DNA of 64,000 nucleotides from Cyanophora paradoxa CCMP329. Lineage: Eukaryota > Plantae > Glaucophyta. Position numbers and translations under genes: made by a program. Location of the stretch: NCBI GenBank assembly GCA_004431415.1, contig QPMI01000602.1, forward strand, positions 1 through 64,000, written 5' to 3'. The first letter of the stretch is position 1. Each line of letters begins with the position of its first letter. Of the stretch, positions 12,705 through 34,464 are shown in pieces. The notes under the pieces were generated by a model. The model worked only from the letters and a program-made list of their open reading frames with translations. It had not been told where the DNA came from and searched no databases.

Positions 12705-13704
12705 TGCAGGAGTTTCTTGCGCAGACTTTGCTTGCGCAGGCGCGCTCCGACTTTGCTAGCGCAGGCGCGCACGTTCGTGCTCCTCGATCAGAGACAGGCT
12801 GCAATGCAGCACGCTGAGCTGGCCGCTGCTTTGGGCGGGCCGCCGGCGGGTTGCTCAGCAGGCGGATTTCACCGCCTGGTCGCTCGCGCGCTCCGACTCG
12901 AAGGTCGACGCCGAGTGCAGGCTCCGCGTGCAGCGTGCGCAGTTAAATTCCTCAATCGGACACAGGCTGTATCTGCAGTAGAGCTCCCTCCTTCAAGGCT
13001 AAACGGCTGTCGTCGGCAGTAATTTGACCGCCGCGCACTCTCAGATGAGAACTAGCATCTAGATGATGGAGAACTAGACGCTACGATTGAACAAGTGAAC
13101 AAGAACCGCGCGGCCGTGGCCACCGAGCGCTGCTGAAGATGCCGAGCAGCAGCAGCGATCGGAGCGGGCGCGCAACGCCAGGCGCAGGGCCCAGCAGGAC
13201 TGGACTTTCTGCGCACCAGTCGCTGCCGTTGGGCTTCACGACGAGGCGTCGGCGCCGGGCGCGGCTGGGGCGCCGATGCGCCGGGGTACGCGTCGTTCAA
13301 TCCAGCGGGGTACGCAGAGCAGAAGCGAAGCAGCACGGAGCGAGCCTGAGGAGTTCGCAGGTCCCTTTCGCCGGTGAGTCACCTTTTCGCTCGCGCATAG
13401 ATTTTCTACCATGTTTTAGCTCCCCAGCGACCTAGTGGCGGATCCGCGACACGCGCTTGGTTCCAGGAGTTCGCAGCCTGCTAGACGCCCCCCGGTCCCG
13501 CGGAAAGTCGCGTTATAGAGGAGTTTCAACTCCTGATCGTACGCGCACTGTGCACGCGGTGGTGCGGAGTCGCGCTGGCTAGATCGCGATCGGTGTTGCG
13601 CTTGGCGTGATCGTGTCTTCCCCACCTCCGATGCTGACTATTCTTTGCTCATTTGCACCAGAGCTGACAGCTTGACGGAGATCGGGCTCGGCGTCTCCGT
13701 ACGG

Positions 13705-23165
<9,461 letters not shown>

Positions 23166-23596
23166 CCCCGCCCCTCCCGGCCCGCCCCCCGGCCCCCCTC
23201 CCTCCTCGCCCTGCGCCCCCGCGCCCTCCGCACCCTCCCCTTCCATTCTACACCTTTCCGTTTTTTCTGCTTCAGCTTCTAGGTACGAGGCTCCCGGACC
23301 ATTTTGCCCAGCTCTGGCTCCTGCCGTAGTTTCAAAAGGCGACGCGTACGAGGGCCCCGCCCCTCCGGACTCCGAATTCTTCTCTGCTGTATCACGTAGA
23401 TTTAGATCTAGACCGTAGACCTTCCAGACCCACATCTTTGCGAGAATGCGATTTGCAGTTGATCCGCATTGCGGGTGCCGTGCTTTCAACGCTCCTTGGG
23501 CCTACAGCTTGGGTGCACGGACAAATAGATGCCAAAGATATTCGGGATACAGCTCTCGTGATACTAGGGTCCTACAGCATCTCGCCGAGGCTAGCG

Positions 23597-26426
23597 ATGG
23601 ATTCGGAAGGGATGGGGAGGGCCGAGGCGGGGGCGGAAGAGGAGGAAGCGGCACCCGGGCGGAGGATGTGGACGAGCTGGCCGACGTGCGGTTTCAGAGC
23701 GGTGAGAACGGACGCCTCGTCTGTATAAACAAATTCAGGGGCGAGCGGTTGCGGCGTCACTCTGCGACGCACCGTCGACGCAGACTTGTGGTTCAATCTG
23801 GCGACAGATCGATGCGCGCCCGGCTACCGTTGAGCAGAAGAGAACCCGCGCGGGGTGCAGGCCCTTGTCGAACGCGCCCGTTGCTTTCACAGCCTCGCGC
23901 ACAAGCTGCAGCGCAGCCCGTCAGCTCGAAGTCGATGAGCTCGGAATGATCAGCGGCACCTCCTCGGTCTTGTCGAGGCTCACGCGACCGATAACATACA
24001 GCTCGTACTTGGATGCGAGCGCGTTCAGTACGGTGCCAGCGTCCGGCCGCGCTGCGCGGGGCGGTCAGATTGCACGAGGAAGTGACGGCACGTCGGCGAA
24101 AGTTGCACACGCGTCACGCTCGGGCCGGCATCGGGCTCCGTGATGTCAAATATGGCGTTCGCCGAGAGCGCGAGACGCCTCCTGCCGGAGCTTGGGCGCT
24201 GAGATGGCACTGAAGCTTGTGTCGTTGGCGTGGGGCGCGGGGCGGCCTGAGGCTGGTTATTTCCCATGGTCGCCGCGAGGTCCCGCCTCTGTGCACAGGA
24301 ACGGCACGTTCAGGGCTTCGCGGTAGTGACCACCGGGAGAGAGCGAACCCGCTGCTTGTAGAGCAACCAGGCGATAGCTGCGGACCCGGCCAAAAAGAGA
24401 ACGGGCGCTGCCTGCATGAACTTCGGCGCCCGAAGCCGTCAGCTGCCGTCTAGTCAGGGGGGTACGTGTTGCCCGTGCTTCCTCGCAAGTCGACTCGCGA
24501 ACCAGGCAGCTCTGCCTCAACGGGCGTCGTAGCGGACGGGAGTTGGCAGGCCCCTGTATTTTTGAGGCTGCCGGCTCCAGTTTTGGGAGGTTCCCTCTCC
24601 AAGTTGGCTCTTCGTCCTCCTCCCTCCGTGGTGCGTACCGCAGCGTACGACCGCAGCGTACGACCGCAGCGTAACATTCAACAGCAATTACGTACGGCTT
24701 GAGGGCATGCTGTTGGCTGCCGTACACCCGGACGGGCCCGCCGGCTCTCCTGCCCGCCGGTCACCGGAGCCTCAGAACCCGCAGCACGTATTCTCGCGCC
24801 TCATTGAGTTCGTAGTGGTCTGTGCCTCGACCCAGTTTGGCGAGGCGGTCTCAATCTGTGGATCCTGTGAGGCGCTCGGTCTCTGGGTGCCCGAGCAGTC
24901 CCTGCGATTACGAACAGATGCGGCGACGTGGCCGACATGGAGAGGTGAGCTTTGGCCCGCGCGCCTTGTCGGAATGCACATTCCCCGCCGAGGCCGATCT
25001 GCTGCTACAGGTGCTGTCGCGATTCCGAGTTCGTGCGCTCGCTTCGAGTTCAAGTTGGGCATCATGGCGCCTTCCGGAGCGTTCAAGTGGGAGCCGCTTG
25101 AGCGAAACCGAGTCGCCGACGCGAATATACTGCGTGGGAATGCCCTGTCTGTGGAATTTTCTATCACGTACGGCCGGTGCGGCACGCTCGTGACGGGTTC
25201 CTGTCTTCCGTTCGCCGTCTTAACGTGTGTCATTCTCGCAGGGACCAAATCGTGATCCACTTGGGGGAGAGCGTCTCGCCGTCACCGCACGCGATGCCCG
25301 CGCATACTTCGTCAGATGTCTCTCAGAGCTTACGCGCGCGCTTGTTGTAAGCCCCAGCTTTGCACTTGCCACGTCGATTCTAACGGAGCGCAGGGCTGAG
25401 ACGCACGATATTCTTTGTCCCAACAGCGCCTCGCCGCCCGCACAGTCGAGGCACTCGCCCTCGTCCTCGCCAGATCCGCTCTACGACATTCAGGTAAGAA
25501 TGCGCTGCCCGGCATACGTCGGTCAAGCTCTGGTTTGCGAGCTCTGAACCATTTACAGCCGCTTCCGGCGCCCCTTCTCGCCCCCGGCATCATGGAGTCC
25601 CTGTCACAGCTCTATTTGCGAGCAGCCAAGAGCGGCTGTATTAGTGGTGCGAATCGACATCTTTTTAGCTCCGTCTCCCATGCGGACTGACCCGACCCTC
25701 AGTTGCCCCGCGCCGTCTTTCCGCTGTCGTCGAGCGAGCGTTCTCGTCGCCCAAGTCTCACGGCAACGCCTGCATGCCATCGCTCCTCAACTTGCGGCAC
25801 GCCCGCGGGCGGCAGCCGCACCACCACGCCCCTTCGCAGCACCAGCAGCTCCCGGCGGGCGCCATCTCCGCACGCCCCGCCTCGACGCCCTCTATGCTGC
25901 CGCATGCTCAGTCGATGCCGGGGGCGATCCCGCCGGCGATGCCGCCCCGCAGGCAGCGGATCATCCGCCGCTCGCACAGCTACAGCGGGCACCGCGCGGT
26001 GGTGGGCCTGGAGCCCATCCTGGAGGCGGCCAGCGAGTGCGGTGACTCGAGCGAGGACGAGGACACCCTCACGAGCTCCCCTGACGACGACGACGACCGG
26101 GCCTCCGGCTGCAGCTCCACGCGCTCCGTGCCCGACCGCTCCACCCTGCAGCCGCGTTTCGGCAGCCGTCAGCCCCTCTCCGCCGCCTTCCAGTGCAGCT
26201 ACTACCCCTTGACCGTACGCCCCCCGAGCTCTGCTCTCAGCGCGCGGGAGGCGCCTGACGGGCGGTTGTGCAGGAGCGGTTCGGGAAGCCGTTGACCTAC
26301 GACGTGTCGCCGCGGGCGGGGCACTCGCTGGGCGACGACGGACAGGAGCGCTCGAAGACCGTCCAGGCACTGGGCCTCTTCGAGCGCTCCTCCCGCTCCC
26401 GCAACGATCACGCATCCTTCCTTTAG
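23597..26426 (+). CDS. CBM20 (starch-binding) domain protein with disordered Ser/Pro-rich tail; 5' end tentative
   Basis: IEFVVVCASTQFGEAVSICGSCEALGLWVPEQSLRL..WPTW..FEFKLGI....FKWE...NR at ~24800-25130 is the CBM20 signature. Later exons include 25774-26213. Confidence 0.6.
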
Positions 26427-27139
26427 TGACCGCCCCGATTCATTTGAGACATCCCACTTTCTCGTCCGATTTTTTTGAGACAAAGCGGTATTTGCAGATT
26501 TTTTTTTGTTTGCGTGAGCTTCATGCGTGGTCTTCTGTTCACCTCGTCTTCCCGCGGTCAGAACCACCTCGGCAGTGTCTAGATAATGCGTGCCTTCCAC
26601 TTTGTCAGTGTTGACAGTTGCAACATATACACCTTCCTTTTATTTCGCTTCTAGCATGGCGGCTTCTGAACAGTGTTTATGCGTAGCCTTGTATAGCCTC
26701 CCTTTTTTTTTAATATTCTGTACACAATCTCGTTCCCCTAGAGGTGATTGAGGATTCGAAGCCGTTCCATCCTCTCAAAATGCAGACAGCCGAATATCAA
26801 ATTCGAATTCAAGCCCGCGCGAGGTCATAGCGTATGTTCGAAATCAAATCAAGGCGCTGCCGGCGAGCGCGCAGATCGATTGCACGAGGCCGGCCTACGG
26901 CGCCGCGCGCCGGCCTCGAGCTCCCGGTCCGGGAGTCCGCGCTGAAGTCCGCGAGGGACGGGTACAGGGTGAAGGAAGTTCGTCCCGGTAAGCTGCGCTT
27001 CCCCGTCCACCGCGCCCGGCAAACTGATGTCGGCGGTGTATAGCATGCATACAAATCTAGCTGCTCGCCTCTCCTCGCGGCCGGATGGCGATTCTGCTGA
27101 TCGGCCCTGCCCGCTGTGTGGCGCAGAAGGAGGAGCGCC

Positions 27140-28527
27140 ATGTCTCACGCCTTCGCGTCTGCTACGGCCGTCGCGAACCGCGCGCCTGTCGCTGTTCGGG
27201 TGCGTCGCGTCAACTGGATATTCCGCGGCGGCTCCATGGCCGCCACGCCGCCCGTCACGCTCCGTCGTGCTCATGCACTCTACCTGTAGTTCTCGCAGAC
27301 CTCGTCCGTCTGTTACGCCGCCGTCCAGCGCTCGATCGGCGCCGTCCGTTCGGTGAGTCGCGATTAGCCGACGCTGACGCCTGCCTGGGCCAAGTCGGCC
27401 GCCGCACGCGATATGTCGTTCAGCTAAGCATTTCTTTTCCTCCCCTGCTCGCAGAGCCAGCGGTATAGCTACTTCCGCAGCTCGTCGGTGTTCCAGGGCG
27501 TGTCCGCGAATGAGCGCAGCTTCGTGTCCCCGCGCCCCAGCGCCGCCCACGGTACGGCGATTCCCGCTTGTGCGAGCCGCGCTCCTCCCGCCCCCGAGCG
27601 CCGCCCGCAGGCTTCACCCAGATCCGGATGAAGGCGGGCGGCCAGGGCCAGCGCCCCTCGATCCGCGGCACCGTTTTCGTCGTGGACGACAACATCGACA
27701 CCGACCAGATCATCCCCGCCGAGTACCTGACTCTAGTCCCCTCCAAGCCCGACGAGGTGCGCTCGCCCCGGCGGGCACGGGCCGCTGGCGCACCGGGGCG
27801 ACTGGCCGCGCAGTACGAGCAGCTGGGCAGCTACGCGCTGATCGGCCTGCCGGACCGCTACGGCAAGTACGTCGAGGAGGGCCAGATGAAGACCAAGTGC
27901 GCCGCCCCGCCCGCCCCGAACCGGCTTGGGCTCCCGGCCGCGCCCCCAACCGGCCGGCGTGCCCTCCAGGTACCCCATCATCGTGGCCGGCGACAACTTC
28001 GGCTGCGGCTCATCCCGCGAGCACGCCCCGATCGCCCTCGGCGCCGCCGGTGCGCGCCCCCGCCGCCGCCTCGACCCTCGCCCGCCCGCCGCCGACGCCG
28101 GCCGGCTGCGCAGGCTGCCAGGCTGTCATCGCCCAGTCGTACGCCCGCATCTTCTTCCGGAACTGCACCGCGACGGGGGAGCTCTACCCGTGGGAGTGCG
28201 AGGGGGTGCGCGGCGCTGCCCGCCCTGGGCCGGAGCCCGCCCCGCCGGGGCCGCCGCCCGACGCCCCGGCCGCCAGGTCATCTACCCCGAGTTCAAGACC
28301 GGCGAGGACGTCGAGATCGACTTCGAGGGCCAGAAGGTCCGCCCCGCCCCTCTCCCTCCTTTCTTCCGCCCCGCCCCTCGCCGGCCCCGCTGAGTGGCGC
28401 CCCGCAGCTGATCAACCACACGACGGGCAAGTCGTACAAGCTGCGCTCGCTGGGCGACGTGCGCCCCGTGATTGACGCCGGCGGCCTCTTCGAGTTCGCC
28501 CGCCAGAGCGGCATGATCAAGAAGTGA
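27140..28527 (+). CDS. leuD: 3-isopropylmalate dehydratase small subunit, plastid-targeted
   Basis: Transit peptide [11 protein letters not shown]... Core motifs [70 protein letters not shown]. Confidence 0.93.
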
Positions 28528-28799
28528 AGCGCCCCGGCGCGCCCCGGGAGCCCAAGTCTGCTAGCTAGCGTTGAAGAGAGAGTCTGAAAAATTGGGGTTT
28601 CATGATCAGCCGCGTTAGAGGAGGACCTGCAGCTGGGCCGCGGGGACTGTTGATTGCAGTGGCGTGCAGCGGGTCCCGAGATGAAGTGCAATGGATACAA
28701 AGGGCGGCGCGCCGGACACGGCGGCGCGCGCCCGGGAGTCCAACTGAAGGACAGATGACTAGGCTAGGGCTAGGGGAGCGAGGGGTGTTCCTACTATAG

Positions 28800-29453
28800 C
28801 TACAAGTTGTGGAGGGCCTCGAGGCCGCCGTTCTGGGCGCGGCACGTGAAGGTGAGCCTGTTCTGCGCCATCTCTTCGAAGTACTGCGTGATCCCGCACT
28901 GCTTCCTGCTGAAGTTCAGGTGGTTCCGCACCCGCAGCGTCGCGTCCATGATGTTCCACCCCACCTGCGCGCGTGCACGGGTCAGGCCAGAGGCGCGCAG
29001 GCGCTGGTGCGTGGCGGGGGCGGCGCGGCCCCGCGCACGTTCTGCGAGGTCAGGATGGGCTGGCTGAACTTGTCCTCCGGGTCGAGGTTGCTCCGCATGT
29101 GCCGTTGCAGGTTCTCGCTGCGCGAGCTTCAGCAAGATGCGGCACGGCGCGTACAGGCGCGGACGGCGCGGACCGATACTCGAGGGAGGACGTGGTCTCA
29201 CGCGCCGCTGGCCGATACGGCATCACGTGCGTGCGGGCGACGCTGTCCCGAACTCTGCGAGAAGACGTCATCGGCTTGGCGGCCGGCGCAACTCCTTCCT
29301 CGAGCGGTCCGGAATCGGGGTTCGCGAGGCGCGGCGAGGTGCGCACCCGGCGCTGCTGAAGGGGCCGTAATCGGGGGCCCTAGGGAAGGTGAAAGGCTGG
29401 TAGGTCCCAGGCTCGTAGCCCGGCGGGTTGAGGGGCGGCAGTTTCGGCGCCAT
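28800..29453 (-). CDS. SPMIP11/TEX49-like ciliary microtubule inner protein
   Basis: Three exons. DPEDKFSQPILTSQNVGW...FSRKQCGITQYFEEM resembles the P.+K+..P.T.SQ.+GW motif. Confidence 0.55.
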
Positions 29454-29678
29454 GCGTCAGCAGGCAACCGGAGTTAGGCGGCGAAAAGTCTAAGGTTTGC
29501 CGATCTCTCCGTTTCGTGCAACGCTGACAAGGAGTTCGGCTGTGGCAGTCGCCGGCAACTTCTCCTACTTTAGGGACGAGGGGTACAGGTTGAGCGAGAG
29601 AGGTCTCCTTTGAGCTAGCGCTTATCTTCTAGCTAGCGATCCAGCGCGCCGGAACACAAGATCTCGACTTGCTTGCAT

Positions 29679-29744
29679 GCCGACGGCATCTTGCAAGCCG
29701 ACGGCATCTTGCAGGCCGACGGCATCTAGCAGGCCAACGGCAGC
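29679..29744. repeat. 18-bp tandem repeat gccgacggcatcttgcaR (~3.7 units)
   Basis: Read directly; intergenic. Confidence 0.85.
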
Positions 29745-30116
29745 GCACGCTCGAGGCCGACGAAGCAGCCACAGAGCTCGAGCTCAGCGGCGCGCCGCCG
29801 GCCACGTGCGCAGAATATATTTTCCTCTGGCACGTTTTAACGCTATAACATCGCGCAGGTTGCGGTCGGCCCAATGACTGAACGGCGAAGCTGGGCTTGC
29901 GCAGCGCTTCGCGCCACGCTGGCGCTCGCGCTGCTGATTACAGCCAGCGCTGCCCCCGGGGACAGCATCGTTCTGACAACCGCGATCACCTACCCTCGTC
30001 AAATGGGTGCTCATTAGGCCCAGGCGCCCAGGTCTAGGCGCTCTTAACTTCCCCCGCGCGCCCGCCGGCCGGCGCCCGCCCTCTCGCGCGCAGCGTACTG
30101 CCCCTCGCTGGACCTG

Positions 30117-31833
30117 ATGATGATATCGGCGGGTCTGAACACAGAGCACATCGTTAGCTATCACGTTGCGACGGGTGCGTGCGCGCCGCGGCCGCGGCCG
30201 CTCTCCGATCCCATTCATTCCCTTTCTTGGACCGTGCCGCAGGGACCGTCACGAACCGTGTCTCGTGGCCTAACGCGGTGTATCACGCACAAGGCACTGG
30301 CAGTATGATCGACGGGTACGGGACGAACGTGCGGATCTACCCGGATTCGGGGGTACGTCCTCCGCCCTCCTCCCCTCTTCCCCCCTCCCCCTCACAACTC
30401 GTTCTCCGCTTGACCCGTTGAGGGTGCAGAACCTGCTCTTCGACAGGAGCTGCCAACACCTGTACTGGGGTACATACGCCCTCGCCTGCCCAGCCGCGAC
30501 CGGGGTCCGTCTTTCTGAAGGCTCGCCCGGGGGTGGGCAGGCGAGACGGGGACCTGCACCGTCCGGCGTCTCAATCTCGCCACGGGTGCGCCATGGCCAG
30601 CACCGGCGCTGCCCGCCCCCCGCCGCCGCGTTCCGACGCGTACCCCCGGGCAGCGGAGGTGGTGACGATCGCGGGGACGAACAACCAGCCCTGCACGAAC
30701 ACCGAGGGGATGGGCACGCTGGCGAGCCTCAACGGGCCCCGCGGGCTGGTGAGGCCGCGTGCACGTGCCGGCCCCCCCTCCTCCCCGGGCGCCGAGGGCG
30801 GGGCGGCAGGCACTCAGCCCCGACGGCGCGCACCTCTACGTGAGCGTCTTGCACGGCATCCGCCGCATCGATCTCGCCAGTCCGCTCCTTCCCGCCGCCC
30901 GAGGTGCAGAGGGGGCGGGGTCTGAGCTGCGGCGCGCAGCGGGGGCGGTGGCGTGGGTGGCGGGGGGCAGCTCGCCGGGGACGGGGGCGGGGCTGATGGA
31001 CGGGCCGGCGGGGATCGCCCTCGTGGACGCCGACACGCTGCTCGTCGCCGAGGAGACCGCCCGCCTCCTCCGCCGCCTCGCCATCTCCACGGGGCAGGCC
31101 CGCCCCCGCCCCGCCCCCGCCCCTCCCGCGCGATGCTTGGAGCGAGCCGTGGCGCTGACCGGCCCCGGCGCCGCAGATGTCCGTCCTCGCCGGCAGCTAC
31201 GCCATCGCCTCCAACAGCTACGGTGAGCCGCAGCCGCGCGCCCCGCCGCCCCCCTCGCAAGGCCGACGCGCGCGGGGCGCGGCGGGGCGGCAGGCGTGGG
31301 GACGGCGGCGACGTTCGCGAGCGTGTTCAAGGTGGGGTACTGGCGGCCGCTGGGGGCGGCGTTCGTGACGCTGCCGGTGAACGCGCCCTTCCTCCGCCGC
31401 GTCGTCGTCGACTCCTTCGCCGGCAGTGCGCGCCCGCGACTGCCCCTGCCCCGCCCCCGCCCCTCGCTCTCCCCGCGCCCACTCGGGCCGGGCGGCAGCA
31501 CCCGGGGATGCGCAGGCGCTCCCCTTCACGGTGTCCGGCCCCTTCGCGGGAGCGACCTTCGTGGCGGATCTTGCGTTCGATGCCGCTCGCCAGCGGGCCT
31601 ACCTGACAGGGTTTACGGATGGGAGCAGGTGCGACGCTCTCTGCGGCCGTGCGACGCCGGGGCTGGCGGCGGGGCGATGACGGGCGGGGGCGGGGCGGGG
31701 GCCGTGCAGGGTGTACGCGCTGGAGATGGGGCTCCCCGCGGAGATCGGCTGCGCGGCGGGCGCCTCCTGCGTCGCCGTCGGCCCCGGCGGCTCCATCACC
31801 GTCGGCCCCGGCGGCTCCATCACCGTCCTCTGA
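30117..31833 (+). CDS. NHL-repeat (beta-propeller) protein; start uncertain
   Basis: VVTIAG....EGMGTLASLNGPRGLALSPDGAHLYV...IRRIDL; MDGPAGIALVDADTLLVAE; MSVLAGS. Ends GPGGSITVL* at 31833. Confidence 0.7.
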
Positions 31834-33026
31834 GCATCCAGCTGCAGCCCGGATCCGGAGCCAGCGAGTCATGATCAGTGAACCAGTGAGGAATCCGCCG
31901 GCCCCGCGGGCAGCCCGCGGCCGCGGCCGTCCGTGGCCTCCCCCCCCCCCGCGGCCCCCAGGCCGTATGCATGCAGGCGGCGGCTGCTGCCTTGCTTGCC
32001 TTGGCCCTAGCTAGTAGTTTAGTCAAGCCTCAAGGCTTTTTTCGATCATCGGATCTTCATGATCCGAAGATTATTTATTTATTTCTAGTGTCAATTCAAT
32101 TTCGGTTTTTTCAGACTCTGATGCATGCGCACATGAGATCTAGCCGTGACTGAGAGCATGTACTGAGCCTCGGAGACTATCTCTGAGATTCTTCAAGACT
32201 TTGAGGCTCTCTCTGCCAGTCCGACGGTCTGGATATCGATGCGCACTGCGCCGGCGGCAAATTCCGAAGCCCGGCGGCCTTTGAAAATTTCAACTCTCTT
32301 CAGATTCATTTTAAAATGATTCCCAGGGGCACCGGGGCACCGCGGCAGTACGAACTTGGGCTCAGCGGCTAAGAAGCTCAGCACTAATTATAACGGCTCA
32401 ATCTAGTCAACCTTGCACGAAGTTGCAGGTGCCTTGCCAGTCATTGACTCAGTGAGTTGCGGGGCGCCGCAGTGTTGCTCAAAGCTTAAGAGAAGTTCAG
32501 CCATGACATTGCCAAGTTGCAATATTAATTGATATCGATGAGTCTGGCTGTAAAGTCGCGTCTCTCAGGGCCCGGCGGCGCCTCAGGGCCTGATCATGAC
32601 TCTCAGAGTCTCATGATCATGATCAGCACTGCGGCAGGGCCTGAGAATACGTTCAGGTGCACTGCGGCACGCCGGTCCCCGGGCCGGGCCCGTCCCCCGG
32701 GGGGCCTGCCTCCGGGCCGAGGCCTGCCTGACATCGACCATGATCAGCTGCAGTGCAGCTTAAGCTTCGAGGCCCCAAGGTCCCGCGCAACACACTCACC
32801 GAACCACTCGCGGCGATATCCGTATCGACGTCACTGAGTCAAGCCTGCAGCTGTCACCCGCATGCGGCGCCGGCCGCAGCGCAGTGAGCATGGGCGAGTT
32901 CTCACACGGGTCTTCGCCCACAGTGGACTGGCGTCGATGGTTTGACTATTTGACATGGGCGCGGTGCTATTGTACAGCCGGAGCCGACGGGCGGGGGGTT
33001 CGGCCACTCGGAGGCGCGGGCGCAGG

Positions 33027-33906
33027 CTACTCGGCGTTGCCGAACTTCTCCCCGAAGTGCGTGATCGCCGTCCCCGCCTTCATCGCGCTCGCCGAGACCT
33101 GCGGGCGGGGGCGCAGGTGAGCAGGGGGCTGGCGCGGCGCGGGGCCGGCGGGCGCGCCTTGGGCTTCCAGTTGTCCTCCTTGCGGGCGCTCGTGTCCGCC
33201 TTGATCTGCTGCATCAGCACCCGCTTCTCCTCCTCCTGCGGGGGCGTCAGGCGCCGCGCGGGGCGGCGGCGGCGGCGGGGGGGGGGGGGGGGGGGGGGGG
33301 GGGGAGAGGCGGGCGGACCTTGCGCCGCTGCTCGGCCATGCGCTGCGCCATGGCGGCCTTCGCGGCGAGCTCCTCCTTCTCCTCGCGCGCCCGCACCGCC
33401 TCGCCCAGGAGCGCCACCGCCTTCGCCAGGTCCTCCCGGTGGCCCGAAAGCGCGTTCTGCCGCCCGCGGTCAGCCGCCGCCCGCCACTGGGCCTCGCGGA
33501 AGCCTGACCTGGTTGATCTCGTAGAATTCGCCGTTCAGTTTGAAGTGGCACGCCTGATGCCCCGATGAGGGCCAGACCGAATTCATTTGGAGAGCACGTC
33601 GAGTAAAGTATAGGTACCTCGAGGACCGCGACGGCGCCCGGGATCGGCGCGACTCGCTGCTGGAAGACTGCGTTGCCCTTTCGGATCTTCCGGAACTTCT
33701 CCTCGCCGGGGTTCTGGAGCACGTTGTTGAGGTAGGTCTGGCAGGAGGCGGTGCAGCACATCAGCGGCGCGCCGGGGCGGGCGGGCGGCGCGTCGGATCG
33801 GGAGGCAGAAGGAGCGCACCTGCAGCAGCTGGCAGGCCGATTTCATAGATTCGACGTGGGCGTTCTGCATCAGGACGACACCCGCCTCGACCGCTGGGAG
33901 GATCAT
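33027..33906 (-). CDS. PUB-domain (p97/VCP-binding) protein; start may lie further upstream
   Basis: LLQTYLNNVLQNPGEEKFRKIRKGNAVFQQRV...GAVAVLEACHF, followed by a coiled-coil tail. Confidence 0.8.
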
Positions 33907-34464
33907 CTGGGCCCAGACGAGCCCTCATTTACGAGGCATCAACGCCGCCGGCATCAACGTGCACAAGATCGCTCGGAGCCCGTAATTTACGAGGAATGCC
34001 TTAGCAGCCCGCCGCCGTGGGCTTTGAGCGCTATGCGCTATCAGCGGTCACATGAGCGTGCACGTGGATGACCCGCCAAAACTCGGCTGCGCGCGCGCCG
34101 GGCGCGGCAATGACGCCGGACTAAATGCTACAAAGAACTAGTGCATTCCGGCTGCAGTGGCTGTGCGGGCCGCGCGGGAGCAATCCCACGGGGCAACTTT
34201 CTAAGTTCCCCGCGGGTACGGGCGGCGGTGCGCGGTATGCGAACCTTTGAAGCTGTGTTTAAGGTCGGTTCGAGGATGCGGGTTTTGTTCGGGGCTCTGA
34301 ATTTGGTTTAGAATGACTCTGACTGTGAAGCCCTCTGCTGAGCGGCCTGGCGGCGGGTCGCTCGACAGGTGTTTAGGCCGAAGCGCTGCTTCTGCCGCCG
34401 AAGCTTCTACGCTGAACTGAAGGTTTGTCTGTGTACCCGGGAGCGCCTTCATTGCCACCCCCCC

